Made by a program: the position numbers and the translations under genes. Shown here one piece after another: positions 13,301 through 25,930 of a DNA stretch of 64,000 nucleotides. Location: the NCBI GenBank assembly GCA_036172245.1, contig JAYWIR010000008.1, positions 4,030,001-4,094,000 of the forward strand, given 5' to 3'. The notes under the pieces were generated by a model that made no database searches, was not told where the DNA came from, and worked only from the letters and a program-made list of their open reading frames with translations. This DNA comes from Raillietiella orientalis. Taxonomy: Eukaryota. Numbering within the stretch: position 1 is the stretch's first letter; each line of letters begins with the position of its first letter.

Positions 13301-14569
13301 TCTCCGAGCGAAATGGAGGCGGCAACTGCCGCTTCCTCCCGTCATCAGGTGGATCCGATCGGGAGCGTCGGGAGAAAGGTTGCCGCCTCCGGTGGTGCCC
13401 TCTTCCTCGCCCCCGCCAATGGCGCCGCAAAGGGTGAAGGAGGAAGACTGTAGTCCGAATGGATGAAGACTTCTCCCACCTCTGCGAGAACAAGGCGCCC
13501 TACGAAAGGGCCGCAAAATCAGCCACCAGGCAGACGGACGACGCCCTTCGGAACTCTTCCGACGTCTCTGTGACGTCACCGCGGTGAATTCTGAAGGAGG
13601 CTCAGCCTGGCTCATCTTCGCGTTCTCGTCCCTGGGGCTAAGCCCTGGATGCAGGATGGAGGAGACATGACCTGCCGCCTAGGAAGGGACGAGATTTGAG
13701 ATGGGTTCTGGACAATAGCACGAATGACCTGAGGTTCGCGGAGGACGTGCGTGGCGATCTGAGAGGGGAACGCCGTCTCCGATTTCTCCTATGAACCTCA
13801 TCTCCCATCCCCTGTGTTCTTCTGCTGAAGGGGGAAGGAGGAGGAGAGGGTGGGTCCGAGGCATCCCCTTAGCGGCTGATGGCGCTCCTCAGCTCACGAG
13901 GAGGCCTTGAAAGAGGCTCAGGAGGCGTACACGTGCGCGTCGCAAGAGGAATAGCCCGAGGGGTCCTTCGACTCGCTTCCCAGGGCATCCATCATCTTTT
14001 GGACGGGAGGAGGGCGCGTGGGGATCTTTGCAGCCATCCCTCGAGGCCCCGGATGCCCGCGAAAGCCTCGTCCCCTCCCGCATGAATATCTGATCTTCCA
14101 GCAGGGGAGGACGAAGATCAGCTTCCCATCTACCCCATCCACAAGAATGCAAGGTCATCTCGGGGGACTGGAGGGGACGAGCAGGAGCCTCGGTGGGAAA
14201 ACCAGCTTCCGCTTCGTTTCGGGCCACCCGGAGGAGAATCCCGGACCTTTTGACCCTACAGAGGGGACGAAAGGGTGAGGAAGGGAGCATCCACTTCCGA
14301 CGGGAGCTCAGGGTACCTTCGCGATCCCCCACATTGCGGCAGCACTCTGAGGCTCTCTCTCCTGTAGCCCTGGAGAGCCGGATAGTGGACGCTGCTCCTC
14401 CCTGAGGAGACGCAGGGACCGTTCATCCCGGGGGGAGCAAGGAGGAACTCCGGGAGCGAAGGGTTCCGCTTCCTGGACTCTCTGAGAGAGCCGCCGTGTT
14501 CTCAGTCCCACAGAGACACGGCAGCTGCTGTGGCGCTCCCTCGGTCGCTTTCACGGATTGCCCGAGGCC

Positions 14570-15500
14570 CCATGAAGAGGCGGTCGTCCTCTCGCGCACG
14601 TGCGTACGCACTTGCGGGCGGGCGGGCTGCGCACTGACGAGCGAGCGAGGGCTGAACGGAATCGACAACTTGTCCCCACGGCTCACATCCGCCTCTCTTG
14701 CAGAGGGTGGCGCCGGAGTTCCGGGAGCCAACGTGGAGCTGGAGAGAACCTCCTGGTCTCCGAGAGTCCTCTCGTTTCTGGGGAAGAATCGACAAGGCAA
14801 GTGTCGGGAGTGCGGTGGTGTCGACCGCATGCGAGATCGCCCAGATTTCTCGACGGCCTCCGCTCGCCCGCCCTCGCGTAGGGACCTTCTCTTCGTGTGT
14901 GGCGGTGGCCTCCTCGCGTCCGCCGTGCAGCCACGTCGCCACTTTCCAAGGCAACGGTCGGGGAAAGAGGAAGAGGCACGAAGATGGGAGTGTGGGGAGA
15001 TGCAGGGACCTTCCGATGGTTCCTGAGGGAAATGAGAGGGAGGTTGTTCGGTGTTCCCAGGGGCAGCGCAGGACGCCTCGCTCCCTGCCATCCCACTCTC
15101 CGTTTCCTGGAATGCTACTCCTCCCTCCTTACTCCCGAGAGCTGTTCCGACCACGACACAGCCAGGGTTGCTGGGACGTGCAAGGTGCCTCTTGCACATC
15201 CCAGCAACCGGCCCACCGCGGGCGGGCGCTCTTCCTGCGGTCTCCTCCGCCCTCTGCGTTGCAGCAAGAGTGCCTGCAGCGCCAGCCGGCAGAGCTCACT
15301 CACCAGCGCGTCCCCTCTGGAGAATCCAGCAAGCGCCGAAGGTTCCTGGGATTCTTTGGCTCCCGTCCGCAGCTTCCCACACACGAGCGTTTGCCGCCGC
15401 CACCGCCAGTCGGGGAAAGCTTCCGGCGACCAAGAATAAAGCGGAGGCCGCTTTATTATCTTTTGCATAGACGGTTCCTCCTGCAATGCCCTGGAGCGTA
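14570..15500 (+). pseudogene. Family X paralog C
   Basis: GGLRTDERAR, ENLLVS and GVRWC (ORF 14600-14881). The stretch gagatgcagggaccttccgatggttcc resembles copy D's EFQDLQWY segment. It is the inverted partner of copy B. Confidence 0.7.
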
Positions 15501-15849
15501 GCGAGCTCTCCAGAGGCCGTTTTCGAAAAATTTGGAAACCAATGGCGCTTTCCAGAGCCAACAGCGCCAGTCTCCTAGGCGCTTCTCCGCTTCGGAGCCG
15601 TCCGTGCCGTGGGAAGCGCAGCCAAGATACGCAGGCGGGTCATGAGAGAGGTCTTACTTCTCCCTGATCCGGTGACCCGAAACTTTTTTTCATAGGGTGG
15701 CTCAGCACCCCCTTCTCAGGAGACCACCTGATCGACCCCCACGGGATACTGCTTCCGCTCTCCTTGAGACTCCGGCAGCGCGCGCTTCGCCTTTAGCTGG
15801 ACCAGATGCGAAAACCGAGGGCGGCTCCCCCCCCCCCTCACCGATGCAA

Positions 15850-16200
15850 CTACCTCAAGGGTCATCCTCTGTCAAGCAGACGCCTGGAGGGACCGTGAAT
15901 TTGGCGTCTCTGCTGGATCCCTGCTTCGGCAGTGGCTCTGACCGGATGGCGCAGCGAACCCTCGCCCGCTGCCATGAGCGATGCCCGCTAGACGGGAGGG
16001 TTCAGCCAACTCTCCCGGAACCTCAAGGTGCCTCCTGGAACTTCTGGTCTTCTTCCGGGAGTTCTAGGAATTTCCACACGCGAAGCACTTCAAACCTGGA
16101 AGTGCTTCATGACCGCTTTGTTCCCAACCAGACCGACCCCTCCCCTCCTTTCTCCGAGCAGGATTTTCCGAGTCGTAAGATGCAAAGGAGCCGCACTTAA
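15850..16200 (+). pseudogene. Possible family X C-terminal fragment
   Basis: GTSGLLPG, TREALQTWKCFMTA and RKMQRS (across frames) resemble GSGSLLPS, RDAMHSTTIFMRV and RMQ[RK]T. Confidence 0.35.
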
Positions 16201-18899
16201 GTGCTCCCCCCCTCTCTCTCTCTCCTCTCTTCCCTGAAAAAATTCACCCTCTCGGCGAGCGAGCGCGAGCGCGAGAGAGGCGTCATTCTGGAAGAGGCGC
16301 TTCGAAACCTGCTCACCCCCACCCCCAGCACCCTTTTTTCCATTCCCGGATTTGAATCCAGAACCCTCGCCGTTCACCCGCTCTCCCCAGACTCCTTCTT
16401 CTGCAACTTCCCCTCGGGTACGTCTGCGCTCCCTGAGGCGGCGGCGGCGTATGGACAAGACGGGAGGCCGCTCTGGTTCGGGGCAGGGAGGGGAGGCGCA
16501 AGAGGAGGGTGAAGGGGAGGAGGAGGGAGAGGAAGGGCGGCGCATTAGCGCGCGCCCATTCGCGGAGGATCAGGGAAACGGAGGGGAGGGGGGGAAGCTC
16601 CTGAGAAGATGAGCTCCGAGATAAGATAAATACGCGGCTGAAGGATTCCCCAGGATCTCTCCCTTCCCGGAAAATCAAAGATCTTTCAGGGAGGGGGGAG
16701 GGAAAGAGCAACGCGTGGAGGATCCTCGCGATCCCACGCGCTGTGTTTTCCGGGACGCATTGACGAAAATGACTGGCGTGTTTTGACGGAGTCTCCCGAC
16801 AGCATCCGGCGGCGTTCCTGGAGGATTTCTGCGTGCGTTTTCCCGCTGACGTGGCTGCCGCGCTCCGTCCAAGTGGAACGAGGCGAGGAGGCGGAGTGAA
16901 GGGGGAGGGGGGAGAGAGCAACGGAGGAGGAGGAGAGGGATAGCCCGGGGCAACGGGAGCTTTCGCTTGCCCCCTCAACGGGTCAGCAGGCTCTCAGAGA
17001 AGCGGCGAGTGGAGAGGACGTCACGCTCTCCGGTATTCCCCGTTCCCTCTCGGCTCCGGGTCCCAGCCAGGGGAAGAGAAAACACGTCCCTTGGGAGCTC
17101 CTGCTGCTCCCCCTCGTGCCCTCGGACCTCCCCGCAAGATGAGGCGGCGGTACGACGAGTACGGGCGACGCCGGAGGGGCAGCGACTCTAAGGAAGCGAC
17201 GACGCGGCAACACTTTGGGGGGGAAGGGAGGAAGGCGCGACTTTGCCCCCCGGTCCGGGGCTCTCCGTCCCCGTGGATTCTTTATTCCCAGGAGCGAACT
17301 CTCCTAGGAAGGTTGCGGTTCTAGTCGGGCCCCCAGGCGATCCCCGCGAGCGAGACCGGCTAGGTGCTCCTTCGTCTTCCTACTCCCTTTCCAGTGTAAA
17401 AGGGAAGGGGGGGAGAACGGGAGGAGAAGGGGAAGGGATGGAAACCCTGGCACCGTGAACATTTCCTCAGCTTCCCTCTTTTTCTGCTGCCAGGGCCTCT
17501 CTCCCCCTGGGCGCTTCCTCAGCGAACTGCCAGGAGGGCAGGCGAGCAATGTCTCCTTTCCCCCTTCCCTTCTTCGCCTCTCTCTCATCCCGCTGCTCAC
17601 CCGGGGGGGCGCATCACAGGCGTATGGAGGCGACCCGAGGGGCTGGTGCTGCTGCTTTCACGGCCCCCGGGCTGGTTGCGTGCCGGTCACGAAGAATGAC
17701 GCACACCCACGAACGGACACACTGGACAAAGCGAGCGGGTCGAGGGAGGAGGAGGAGGAGAAGGAGGAGGGGGAGGGGGAGGAGCGAAGAGGACTCCGAG
17801 AGTTTCCCCTGCGCTTTGTTCCTCGGCGTCTGGACCCGTCATGAGGCCGTCAATGGCCCGGGGCGCCTCCTCTCTTGACAGCGCATGAAGAGGACCGCGA
17901 GATGCCCCGAATCACTCGAATGAGGGCTGAAGACCTCCGATTCTGCCCCCCCCCCTCTCCCGCCTTCGCGCACTTCCTCTTTGGATGCTGCTGCTGCTTC
18001 TGAAACCCTCCCCTCCCCCTTCCTTCTTTTAGGATGCTCGAAAACCACGGAAAACGGCCCCCGGGCGATCCTGTGCAAAGAAACCACGGTTGGCAGGAGG
18101 CGTCGAGGTCAAAAAGGTCGGTTGGGTGAGGAAGGGGGAGGGGAGTGAGGAGGCCGCCGCCGAGATGCCGCTTCTCCGCCAAGGTGGCGCACCCGACCGA
18201 ACGAGGGGGAGTGCCGCTCGAAGGAGAGCGCCTCTGCGCCCGCACCGAGCCGCCGCCGGCTGGGAGCGGTACAACGCCGCTTTCCCACGCGGCTGTCATG
18301 ATGACGAGTCGGAGGAAATACCCCGAGCGGAGGAAGCACTGGACCCCGGACGAGATCCGAGGCGACGGGAACTTATGGGGGCCGCCGCAACCCGTCCGGG
18401 AAGCGGCAGGCTCCGCCACCTCGCTGCGACAGAACCGAGGACCACGCTCCTCCCTTCCCATCCCTCCCACCGGTTCCCGCGTAGGGAAACGAGGCTACGG
18501 AGGGACACGAAGGGAGAGGGGGAAGGGGTAGATTCCTTAGGAACGCCGCAAGCCGGCGCTTCGTCCTGGAGGACCCGCATCCTCAGATTCCAGAAGACAG
18601 ACCTTTCGGGAACCCTGAGGTGCCGTCGGAAAAGCCCGGGAAACAGAAAGCCCTTCACCTCCTTCCTCTTCTTCTCGAGACTCTTCGCTGATTCGGTTCG
18701 CCTTTTCCGGAGCTTTCCTTCGCCTCAGTGGGTGCGCTGTTTCTTCCAAGCTCCCCCCTCCCTTCCCCCCATTGCTCTCCACGCCTCGAAGCCTCGAAGA
18801 TCGCTGTGGACGCCGCCTTGTCTCCAGCCATCTCCGGGCCTCCCGCCTCTGTCTCTCTCCCTTCCTCCTCTCCCCTTTTTCGCCCGTAACCTCAACGTA

Positions 18900-20151
18900 C
18901 GGTCCCTCCAAGAATCGCAACCTGCGACGCCGCATCTCCGTGTGGCGGCTGAGGCGATCACTGCGCTTCCTTTCTTTCTCTCTCCCTCCTCCTTCCTCTT
19001 CCCTGCCTCCACCTTCGGGGCACCTTGCGAGAGGAAGAGGATGGGGCTCGCGCAGCCACGACATCGCCAGCTCTTTGGAACTTGGCTTCGTAGCTTCCAT
19101 CTCCAGAGCCATCCCGAGCACGTGGACGTAGGTAACCTCCGCACCGAGAGCGGGGAGAGGCAGCCTGTCCGTGACCCCGATGCCTCCCCTTCCCTCGGGG
19201 TCGGAAGCGCCGCTCACTGCCCTCAAACGGACCACAGAGTGATCTCAGAACTGCATCGTCATCCGCGTCCATCTGACACCGCGCCTCCGGCCGAACGCCT
19301 CATCTCCGGGATCCTGCCCGCTCGGGCAGACCCGAGCGACGCTCCTCAACAGTCTGTAGGGGCGGCCCCCGAAAGGGGCGTCAACCAGTCCTATGGTACG
19401 CGATGGTACGGCTCCCTTTTTGCAACCGGAGGATACCCCGAAGAGCTCCTTGGTTCCTGGAAGGCATCCCGGAGGGTCGACCTCCAGTTCCAGCAGGTCG
19501 ACGGGGGCATCCGGCTTCCATCAGAGCCCGCACCAGGGAAGTTGAAGTGACCATCTCCGGAAAGAGAAGAAGACTGGGCTAGTGGATGACGGTCCAGCTC
19601 AACGACTCTGCGACCCCGAGTGCTCGACCTCATGGACTTTTGCACTGGGACGAGCTATTATGAATTCCAAGACTTGCAGTGGTACCCCCCGTCGGTGCTC
19701 ATGAACACCCACATCCTCCTTATGAAATGGCAGGAGTCGGCGATGCTGCTGCTGTACTGGGGTCTCCCATGCAACGTCCGCCGGCATCTGTGGACACAGG
19801 AGGAGGTGTCGACCCAAAATTTCCCCACCTCCTAGTGGACTGTGCTGCCCTTCGACCCCTTTGGGCACGCTTTGCCGCTACCCTTGGAACCCCCGGAGGC
19901 AACTTCAGAGACGTCTGAAAGCGTCTCTTCCTGCGCGACGCCCTCACGGCGGCCGCATCCCCAGTAGCACTTTGCTGCCCACGCGGCGGGACCGTGGCTG
20001 CATGGAGCAGCGCCAGGACGAAAAGGACACCATCTATTTTTCTGTCCTCTTCATGAGGACAGAGTCAAGATGGCCCCATCTGGGAGTCGTGAAACAGGAA
20101 CTTGCCGGCATCCTTACAAGGATGCAGAAGACGCCCTCCGGCACACGATGA
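18900..20151 (+). pseudogene. Family X paralog D (most complete copy; unidentified protein with frameshifts and stops)
   Basis: Ordered motifs HVDVGNL (19119-19139), LISGILP (~19299-19319), GTRWY (19395-19409), MLLLYWGLPCNVRRH (19743-19787), CAALRPLWARF (19841-19873), KDTIYFSVLFMRT (20023-20061) and ELAGILTRMQKT (20098-20133), then TGA at 20149-20151. Each motif recurs in other copies. The 5' boundary is approximate. Confidence 0.8.
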
Positions 20152-20194
20152 TCCCTTCCCGAAGACCCTCATTTTTGGACTGTATTTTTTTATG

Positions 20195-20326
20195 TTTTGT
20201 TCTTTTGCTTTTTGTTTGTCTCCCCTTCCCCTGTGCTGCAGAGGCGGATCCCGCTGTTCTGCTTGCCGGTTCCCGGCAAGTTCCTTGTATTCATAAGTAA
20301 CGTGGCGGGATCAAACGTCCTGCCAC
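20195..20326 (+). other. Conserved 3' non-coding module of copy D (two hairpins)
   Basis: CTTGCCGG-ttc-CCGGCAAG (20262-20280) and GTGGCGGGAT-caaac-GTCCTGCCAC (20302-20326). Confidence 0.75.
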
Positions 20327-20387
20327 AGACATGTAGGTTTAGAAAGAATTGCTCCGACGTGACCAGGTGTCAACCAATGCCACCCAA

Positions 20388-20516
20388 ATAGGCCAATCAG
20401 CATCATCCTGTGGGCTAGGGAACTCGAAACCCACGACACGCTCGTCTCTCGCTGTTGATCTTTCCCCGGGCGGGATTCGAACCCGCGCCGCTTGGCGCCA
20501 TGCGCTTAGGCCACAG
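20388..20516 (-). mobile_element. tRNA-derived short element (SINE-like or pol III-type), copy 1
   Basis: Minus strand: A-box-like TGGCCTAAGCG, T-arm GCGGGTTCGAATCCCGC, and a second GGGTTTCGAGTTCCC motif. Colinear with 58122-58246. Confidence 0.65.
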
Positions 20517-21149
20517 ACAACGCGCACTTTGTGGGCGGGTGCGGCCCCGTCCTCCCTCAAGTGACAGCACATTCACGATGCTCTTCTGACTGCATCTCAG
20601 GACCCTCCCCCTCGACATGGTGCCTTCAGAGATTCGCTCCAGCGGGAACCGAGGAGACCTGGGACGCGCTGAGCCTGCGTGCGGTTCCCGCGAGAGAGAA
20701 AACCCGGGATTCCGAAGCTGCTCCAGGAAGGCGCTCCCTTGTTGAGCCAGGCTTTCCGACAGCAGCGACCCAGGCAATAAGAGCTCTCCCTCCATGCGGA
20801 GGGAGAACAGGGTCGCTCCTGCTTTTACCTCAAAACAGCTACGTCCACCAGACGGGACAGGCAGCGCCCCGCCGTGCGGAGGATCCCGCGACCTTGGAGC
20901 CGGTCGCGAAGTACCGGGAGCCGGCGGCACTACTCCCATGGACGTCTCGGGAACATGGGAAGTGGATGCATTCCCTTGGTCAGCAAGGATGATGCATCCG
21001 TCTCTGCACACCTTACGTGCTCCCCATAGGATTTCTCACGCGCTCGGGAACCCCACATCGCGGAGAAGCTCCCGGGTGGGCACACCCACCGTCCCCTCAT
21101 CCATTCGGACAGGAGGTCTAGCCTGGAGGAGATCGTGGTTCACTACCAC

Positions 21150-21500
21150 GCGACCTCATGAAGGGGTCGGAGCTCGAGTTCCCCGATTCCGCGCTCTCCT
21201 TTCTTCGAGCTCTCCCTACTGCCAACCTCGAGGAAGCATCTCAATCTCCGGCGGGACGCGCCGGATGCGGACTCACCCCGGGACGCCCTCGAGAAGATGC
21301 ACATCGGAGTTTCCCTTCTTCCCCTGGATCCTCCCCATCCTCTTCCGGGAGGAGGAAGTGAGCACCCACTGTCACTGCAGGTTGTATCGCGGCTCCTCCT
21401 GGAGGCTCCTGGCGAACAGGCTGCGACGCTGATGGCCCCTTGGTCCGCCGAAGATGGCGCAGAGGTCGCCTGCAGCGCCTTTCAGCAATGTCCCTCCCTC
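21150..21500 (+). pseudogene. Possible family X fragment
   Basis: REEEVST resembles QEEVST of copy D and is followed by a gctcctcctgg segment shared with ~43960. Confidence 0.25.
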
Positions 21501-22639
21501 TCTCCGCCACTCTGCCTCTCTGCCTCCACCCTTTTGGCCGGCTCTCCTCCCCCCCTACCCACCCCCAGTTTTCCCTGCTTCTTCAGGTGCGCCCCCTGCC
21601 TATGCACCCGTTCCTCGTCTGCCCTGCATCCTGCGTCTTCGAGACTACCGAGGTTTTCCGAGAGGAATCTTTTCGCGTCCCGTTCCCCCGGAGCGCGCGT
21701 ACCCACCACCCCGGTGGCTGCTCAGTCGTCATAGACGGCTCCCCCCCCCTTACCGGCGAGGCGAGTGCGAGGGTGCGCGAGCTCCTCGCGTTCTCGAGAT
21801 GAAGGAAGAGAGAAAAAGAGAAGACACAGTTTCCAGCATCCAGGGAAGTCGCCGGTACGCATCTTCCCCCCTCCCCCCGTCCCCCGCTTTCTACCTTCAC
21901 CAGCTCTGGCTGCCTTCCCGCAGGTTCCAGCGACGTCACGCCCCTTCCCTCCAAACGGCACGCAGCGCCCTCGCGTGGGAGCGGCCCACTCCAGCGGGCG
22001 TCACGCCCGAGGCGGAGAGCGAGACGCGCTCACTCAGCCTCGGAACCGCCTCCGGCCGGCCGGAAGCCAGCTGCCCGAAGGAATCTCCCTTGCAACGCGA
22101 GCGAGAGAGGAAGGGCGGCATGCTGACAGGCGTTCGAAGCGTTCCCGAAACGGCCGGGGAGGCCATGAAGAAAGGGAAGGAGGAGGGGCGGCCCATCACG
22201 GAAGAAGCCCCGAGGGCCGAGGCAAATCGCGGCTGCGGCGGTAGGAAGCCCGAGTGGGAGGAGGAGAAGGACCACTGACCCCTCCTGAGGGTGCCCGAAG
22301 CCTTCCAGAGTCCGCGGGGGTGCGCGCCGTGGGCATCCGAGGAGTGCGTTCTTCCTCCACCTCTTTCCGACATGACCCACGCCCACTCGCTCTCAGAACG
22401 CACGCGCGATGCACGCCGGAGGGCATTCCGTCCCGTGGGAGGACCGTTGGGTTTCGGCACATCACCTTCCTCCCTCCTCATCCCCCCCCCATCCGCTCGC
22501 TATGTCATCGGGATTGGCGCCGTGGGCGGGAACGGCCTGTCAGAGGGAGCAGACGCCTTTGCTGCCCTGTCCTCCCATCGCTCTTTCCTCCCTTCCAGGA
22601 AGACTGCAGCGAGGGCCCCTCCTGCTCAACGATCAGAAA

Positions 22640-22956
22640 ACGAAATGGCTCATGGCGTGGTGCTATCTTGGGGACGGTGCGCTCCCCTAATGGTGGGCCT
22701 TCCTCTCACCTTCACAGCCCCGAAAGGGGAACGCAGGAAGCCCGAGTCCGGGGAGAAAGGGAGAAGGAGGAAGCCCCTGGGAGTCCTGTCGGTGCAAGTG
22801 AGGTTGCCTCAGGGAGAGGGCCACTCTCAGTGCGCAGGGAAGCTGAATCTCCCTCGGAGGTCCCCTCATCCTCTCTTCCCTTCCTTCCTCCTCCGCTTCC
22901 CTGACGCGGCCCTCACGGATCCGCTGTCTGCTTTTGCAGGGAGAGAGTGGAAGTGA
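22640..22956 (+). pseudogene. Possible family X fragment
   Basis: VLSWGRC and FLLRFPDAALT; gccctcacgg is shared with copy D. Confidence 0.25.
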
Positions 22957-25389
22957 AGGAGGGCTGCCCGCACGCGCTGGGAAGAGCCCGGGCGAGTTCG
23001 CCTTTCCTCCTCCGGCCAGCGTAAAAATCTCGCAGCGACTCAGGAACAATCCTGCTGGGTGGGAAAGGGAGAGGGGGGAGGGAGCGTGGCGGCGTTGGAG
23101 CGGACTCCTGTAAAGACTTTGAGCGCTCATCTCCTTGGTCTTAGTCCTTCCCCACCTTCCGTTTTTGCTTGCTTCCTCCTCCTCCTCTTTATACTCTTCC
23201 CGGCCGCCTCCTCCCCTCGCCCCTCTCTCTGACCCCTGGAGCGGTCATCATAAGGGATTCCTCTGGAGGGTGGATGGCTCCTGAGATTGGCTCCGAACGC
23301 AGGAAGACTCTCGACGAGGGCGGCGTCGGGACTGGAAGAGGAGATCAGCAGCCGCCCAGAGCCTCTCGCACCATGAGGAGTGGTCGCCACGGATACGGGG
23401 AGGGGAGCTCAATCATCCTGCTTCAGGCTTAACGCAAAGATTCTTCTCCTCTACGTTTTCCGTGAGCGTAAGGAGAATTCGCTTGTGGAGAGTAGGAGAG
23501 GGAAGAGGGAGAGGAGAAGGCAAGGCAGGGAGAGAAGAACCCCTAGGAAGGGGCTGCTCGCCTCCTCTTTCCGCTCAAACGCTCGGGCTCATGGCCTGGA
23601 ATTTTGGGGACCCTTCGACCGACGGGAGGAAGCGGGGAGCAGGAGGTAGGCAGTGGCAAGTGTCCTGCATCCGGAGGGTGCCTCGTGAAACCTCTCTCTC
23701 GGGGAGAAGACGAGAAGGAGGGACAAGACGAATCCACGCCCACCCCTTTCCTTCTTCTCGATCTTCTATCCCTTCCGACTGCGCGAAGCAGGAAGGGAGG
23801 GAGGAGCATTCCCCGTGGGCGTGGTGTGAGGGCGGGGCGTGGGAAAAAGGGAGAAAGGACCGACCTTTTAGATGCCGCCGCTGGTCGCAAAAGACTGCGC
23901 CGGAGCTCCAATGCGGCACGCGTTCCCGCGCCCCAGAAGCGAGTGAGAACTCACCGTCCCATCGGCATGGAAACGCCTCTGTCCCTCCCCCGAAAACCCG
24001 ACGGCGGAGGCAGCGGAAGAGGAGGAGGAGACCGTCGACAGAGCCGTGAGCTGTGAGAGAGGGGGAACCCGGAGGGCGACGGTTTCTGAGGTGGAGGAAG
24101 AAGCCCTCGGGATGGTCACGACAGGCGTGCGTGACCCCTCCGAGGCGCGCTTGGATGGCAGTCGAAGGTCGCGGCTTCCTTGCGGCCTCAGAGGGGCCAG
24201 CGACGACGACGACGATGACGGAGGAATTCTCCTCTTTCTTTTCCTCTTTCCCCGTATTCCCCCCCCCCCCCCATACACACAGCACCACGAACTCCCTCCT
24301 CTCTTCCCTTCCCTATTCCAAGGGCGAGAGTGCGCTCAGCGACCACCCGAATCGGGTCTTCTCCTTTGAGGCCGCACAGAGGTCTGCGCCTCTCCTACCC
24401 ACTCCCAGAGGGGAGTGGGTAGGCACTCGTCCTTCCACTCACTCACTCCCCTCCTTCCTCCTTTTCTTGTTTTCTCTCTCTCCATCCTCCCCCGCACCTC
24501 TCCTCCTTGCCGCCAGCCTTCCGGGACTCCGCCGTGCCGGACGCTCCAGGAGGAGTGGAAGGATGCCTCGCGCAGCGAGGGGTGCGCTCGCCGCCGTCGT
24601 CTTTCCCGCTCAGGAATGCGCGCCCCCCGCTGCTCGCCCTCCCGCCTCACGGCGAGAAGCTGCACGGGAATGAATCATCGCCTCCGGGCCTCGCGACCTT
24701 GCTCCACCGCCACCTCCTCCGCCTCCCTTCCTCTTCCTCTTGTTTCGCCGCAGCTGCTGACTTCGTTGCCCCTGCTGCCGCCTCTGTCGGCTCTGTTGCC
24801 GAGGGCTTTCCTTCCCGCCATCAGTGCTGCCTCCAGCGGGGTTTCTGCTGCCGCTCCTGATTTGTTGTTGTTGTTCGTGGACGAGAACAATAATGAAGTT
24901 GTATCTGGCGTGGTGCTGCTGCTTGAGGAGTTGTTGCTGCGGAGGTTGCTGCTCCTTCAGGTTCCATGGACACATTGCTGTGCATCACTTTGGCCTTGTC
25001 TCTGCTGCCGCTGCATGGTGCAATGTTTCTCAGAGAGCGTCATCTTCCCGAAGGCAGCGCGGAGCTCTCCGAGCGCTCCTCGTGCCGTTTGCGCCCCTTT
25101 CCTGGCCTCCGACTCCAAGGTGAGGCGCAGAGTGACCGAGAGGACACCGGACGCAACAGTCCTCCCTCTCCCCCCCTTCTGAGAGCACTTCCCTTCCGTT
25201 GGTTTCCTTCCTTCTCCCAACCCCCTCTCCCCTTTCTCCGCGTTCTGCTTGCCGCTTCCATCGCCAGAGGCTCTGCAGCAGGCACGCGCGCCATCGGAAC
25301 TCCGATCGCGGCTGTTGCGGACGTGGTCAGTCGCGAGCAGCAGCCCACAAGCGGGTAGTCACTTTTTGCGTGGTAGCAGGAGTGCAGGT

Positions 25390-25930
25390 GCTCAGGTCGA
25401 GAACTCGCGAGAGTTCCTCCTGGAAGATTGTTCGAGGGCATCTCTGAAGAAGTCCTTTAGGAGATGGAGGGGACCGCTGCTTTCCCGCATCCCCTCCTCT
25501 CCCCCCCGGTCGCAGCGGCAGACGCTTCCCGCGAAAGTTCCGACCATCTGCTGACCTTCCCTAGGATGGAAGGGGAAAGAGAACGGAGGCGGAATAAGGG
25601 AAATGGATGGATGCTCCATGTCCCTTGCCGACGAGCATAAGCAGACCAACTGGGCAGCGGCAGTCGTTCGAAGCGAGCGTCCCCACAGAAACGGGTAACC
25701 TTGCCCATCGAGGGACGGTTGGTCTGCCTCTTGAGCTCTCACTTACCACAGCATCCGCCCGACCTTGGGGATTATTTTGAGCGGGAGACTCAGCGGAGCT
25801 GGTGGCCGTCTATCCATCCCCGTCCTTGAGGTACGGTCCAAAGTCTGCAGTGGTTGCTCCCAGATGCTTTTAAGCCATGAAACGACTTTCCGGGAAGAGT
25901 GAACCATACTCCCTTTCCACTGCCTCTCCA
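25390..25930 (-). pseudogene. Probable family X paralog
   Basis: On the minus strand GVWFTLP, YPFLWGR and LLKDFFRDAL occur in the expected order (compare GVRWFLP, LYWGL and KRLFLRDAL). Confidence 0.45.

Noticed and set aside
20461..20520. Functional tRNA gene
   Set aside because: Good T-arm, but no anticodon arm and no pairing acceptor stem. Treated as a tRNA-derived element instead.
24720..25020. Gln-rich or Leu-rich protein
   Set aside because: Degenerate CTG/TTG triplet repeat gives biased translations in all frames.
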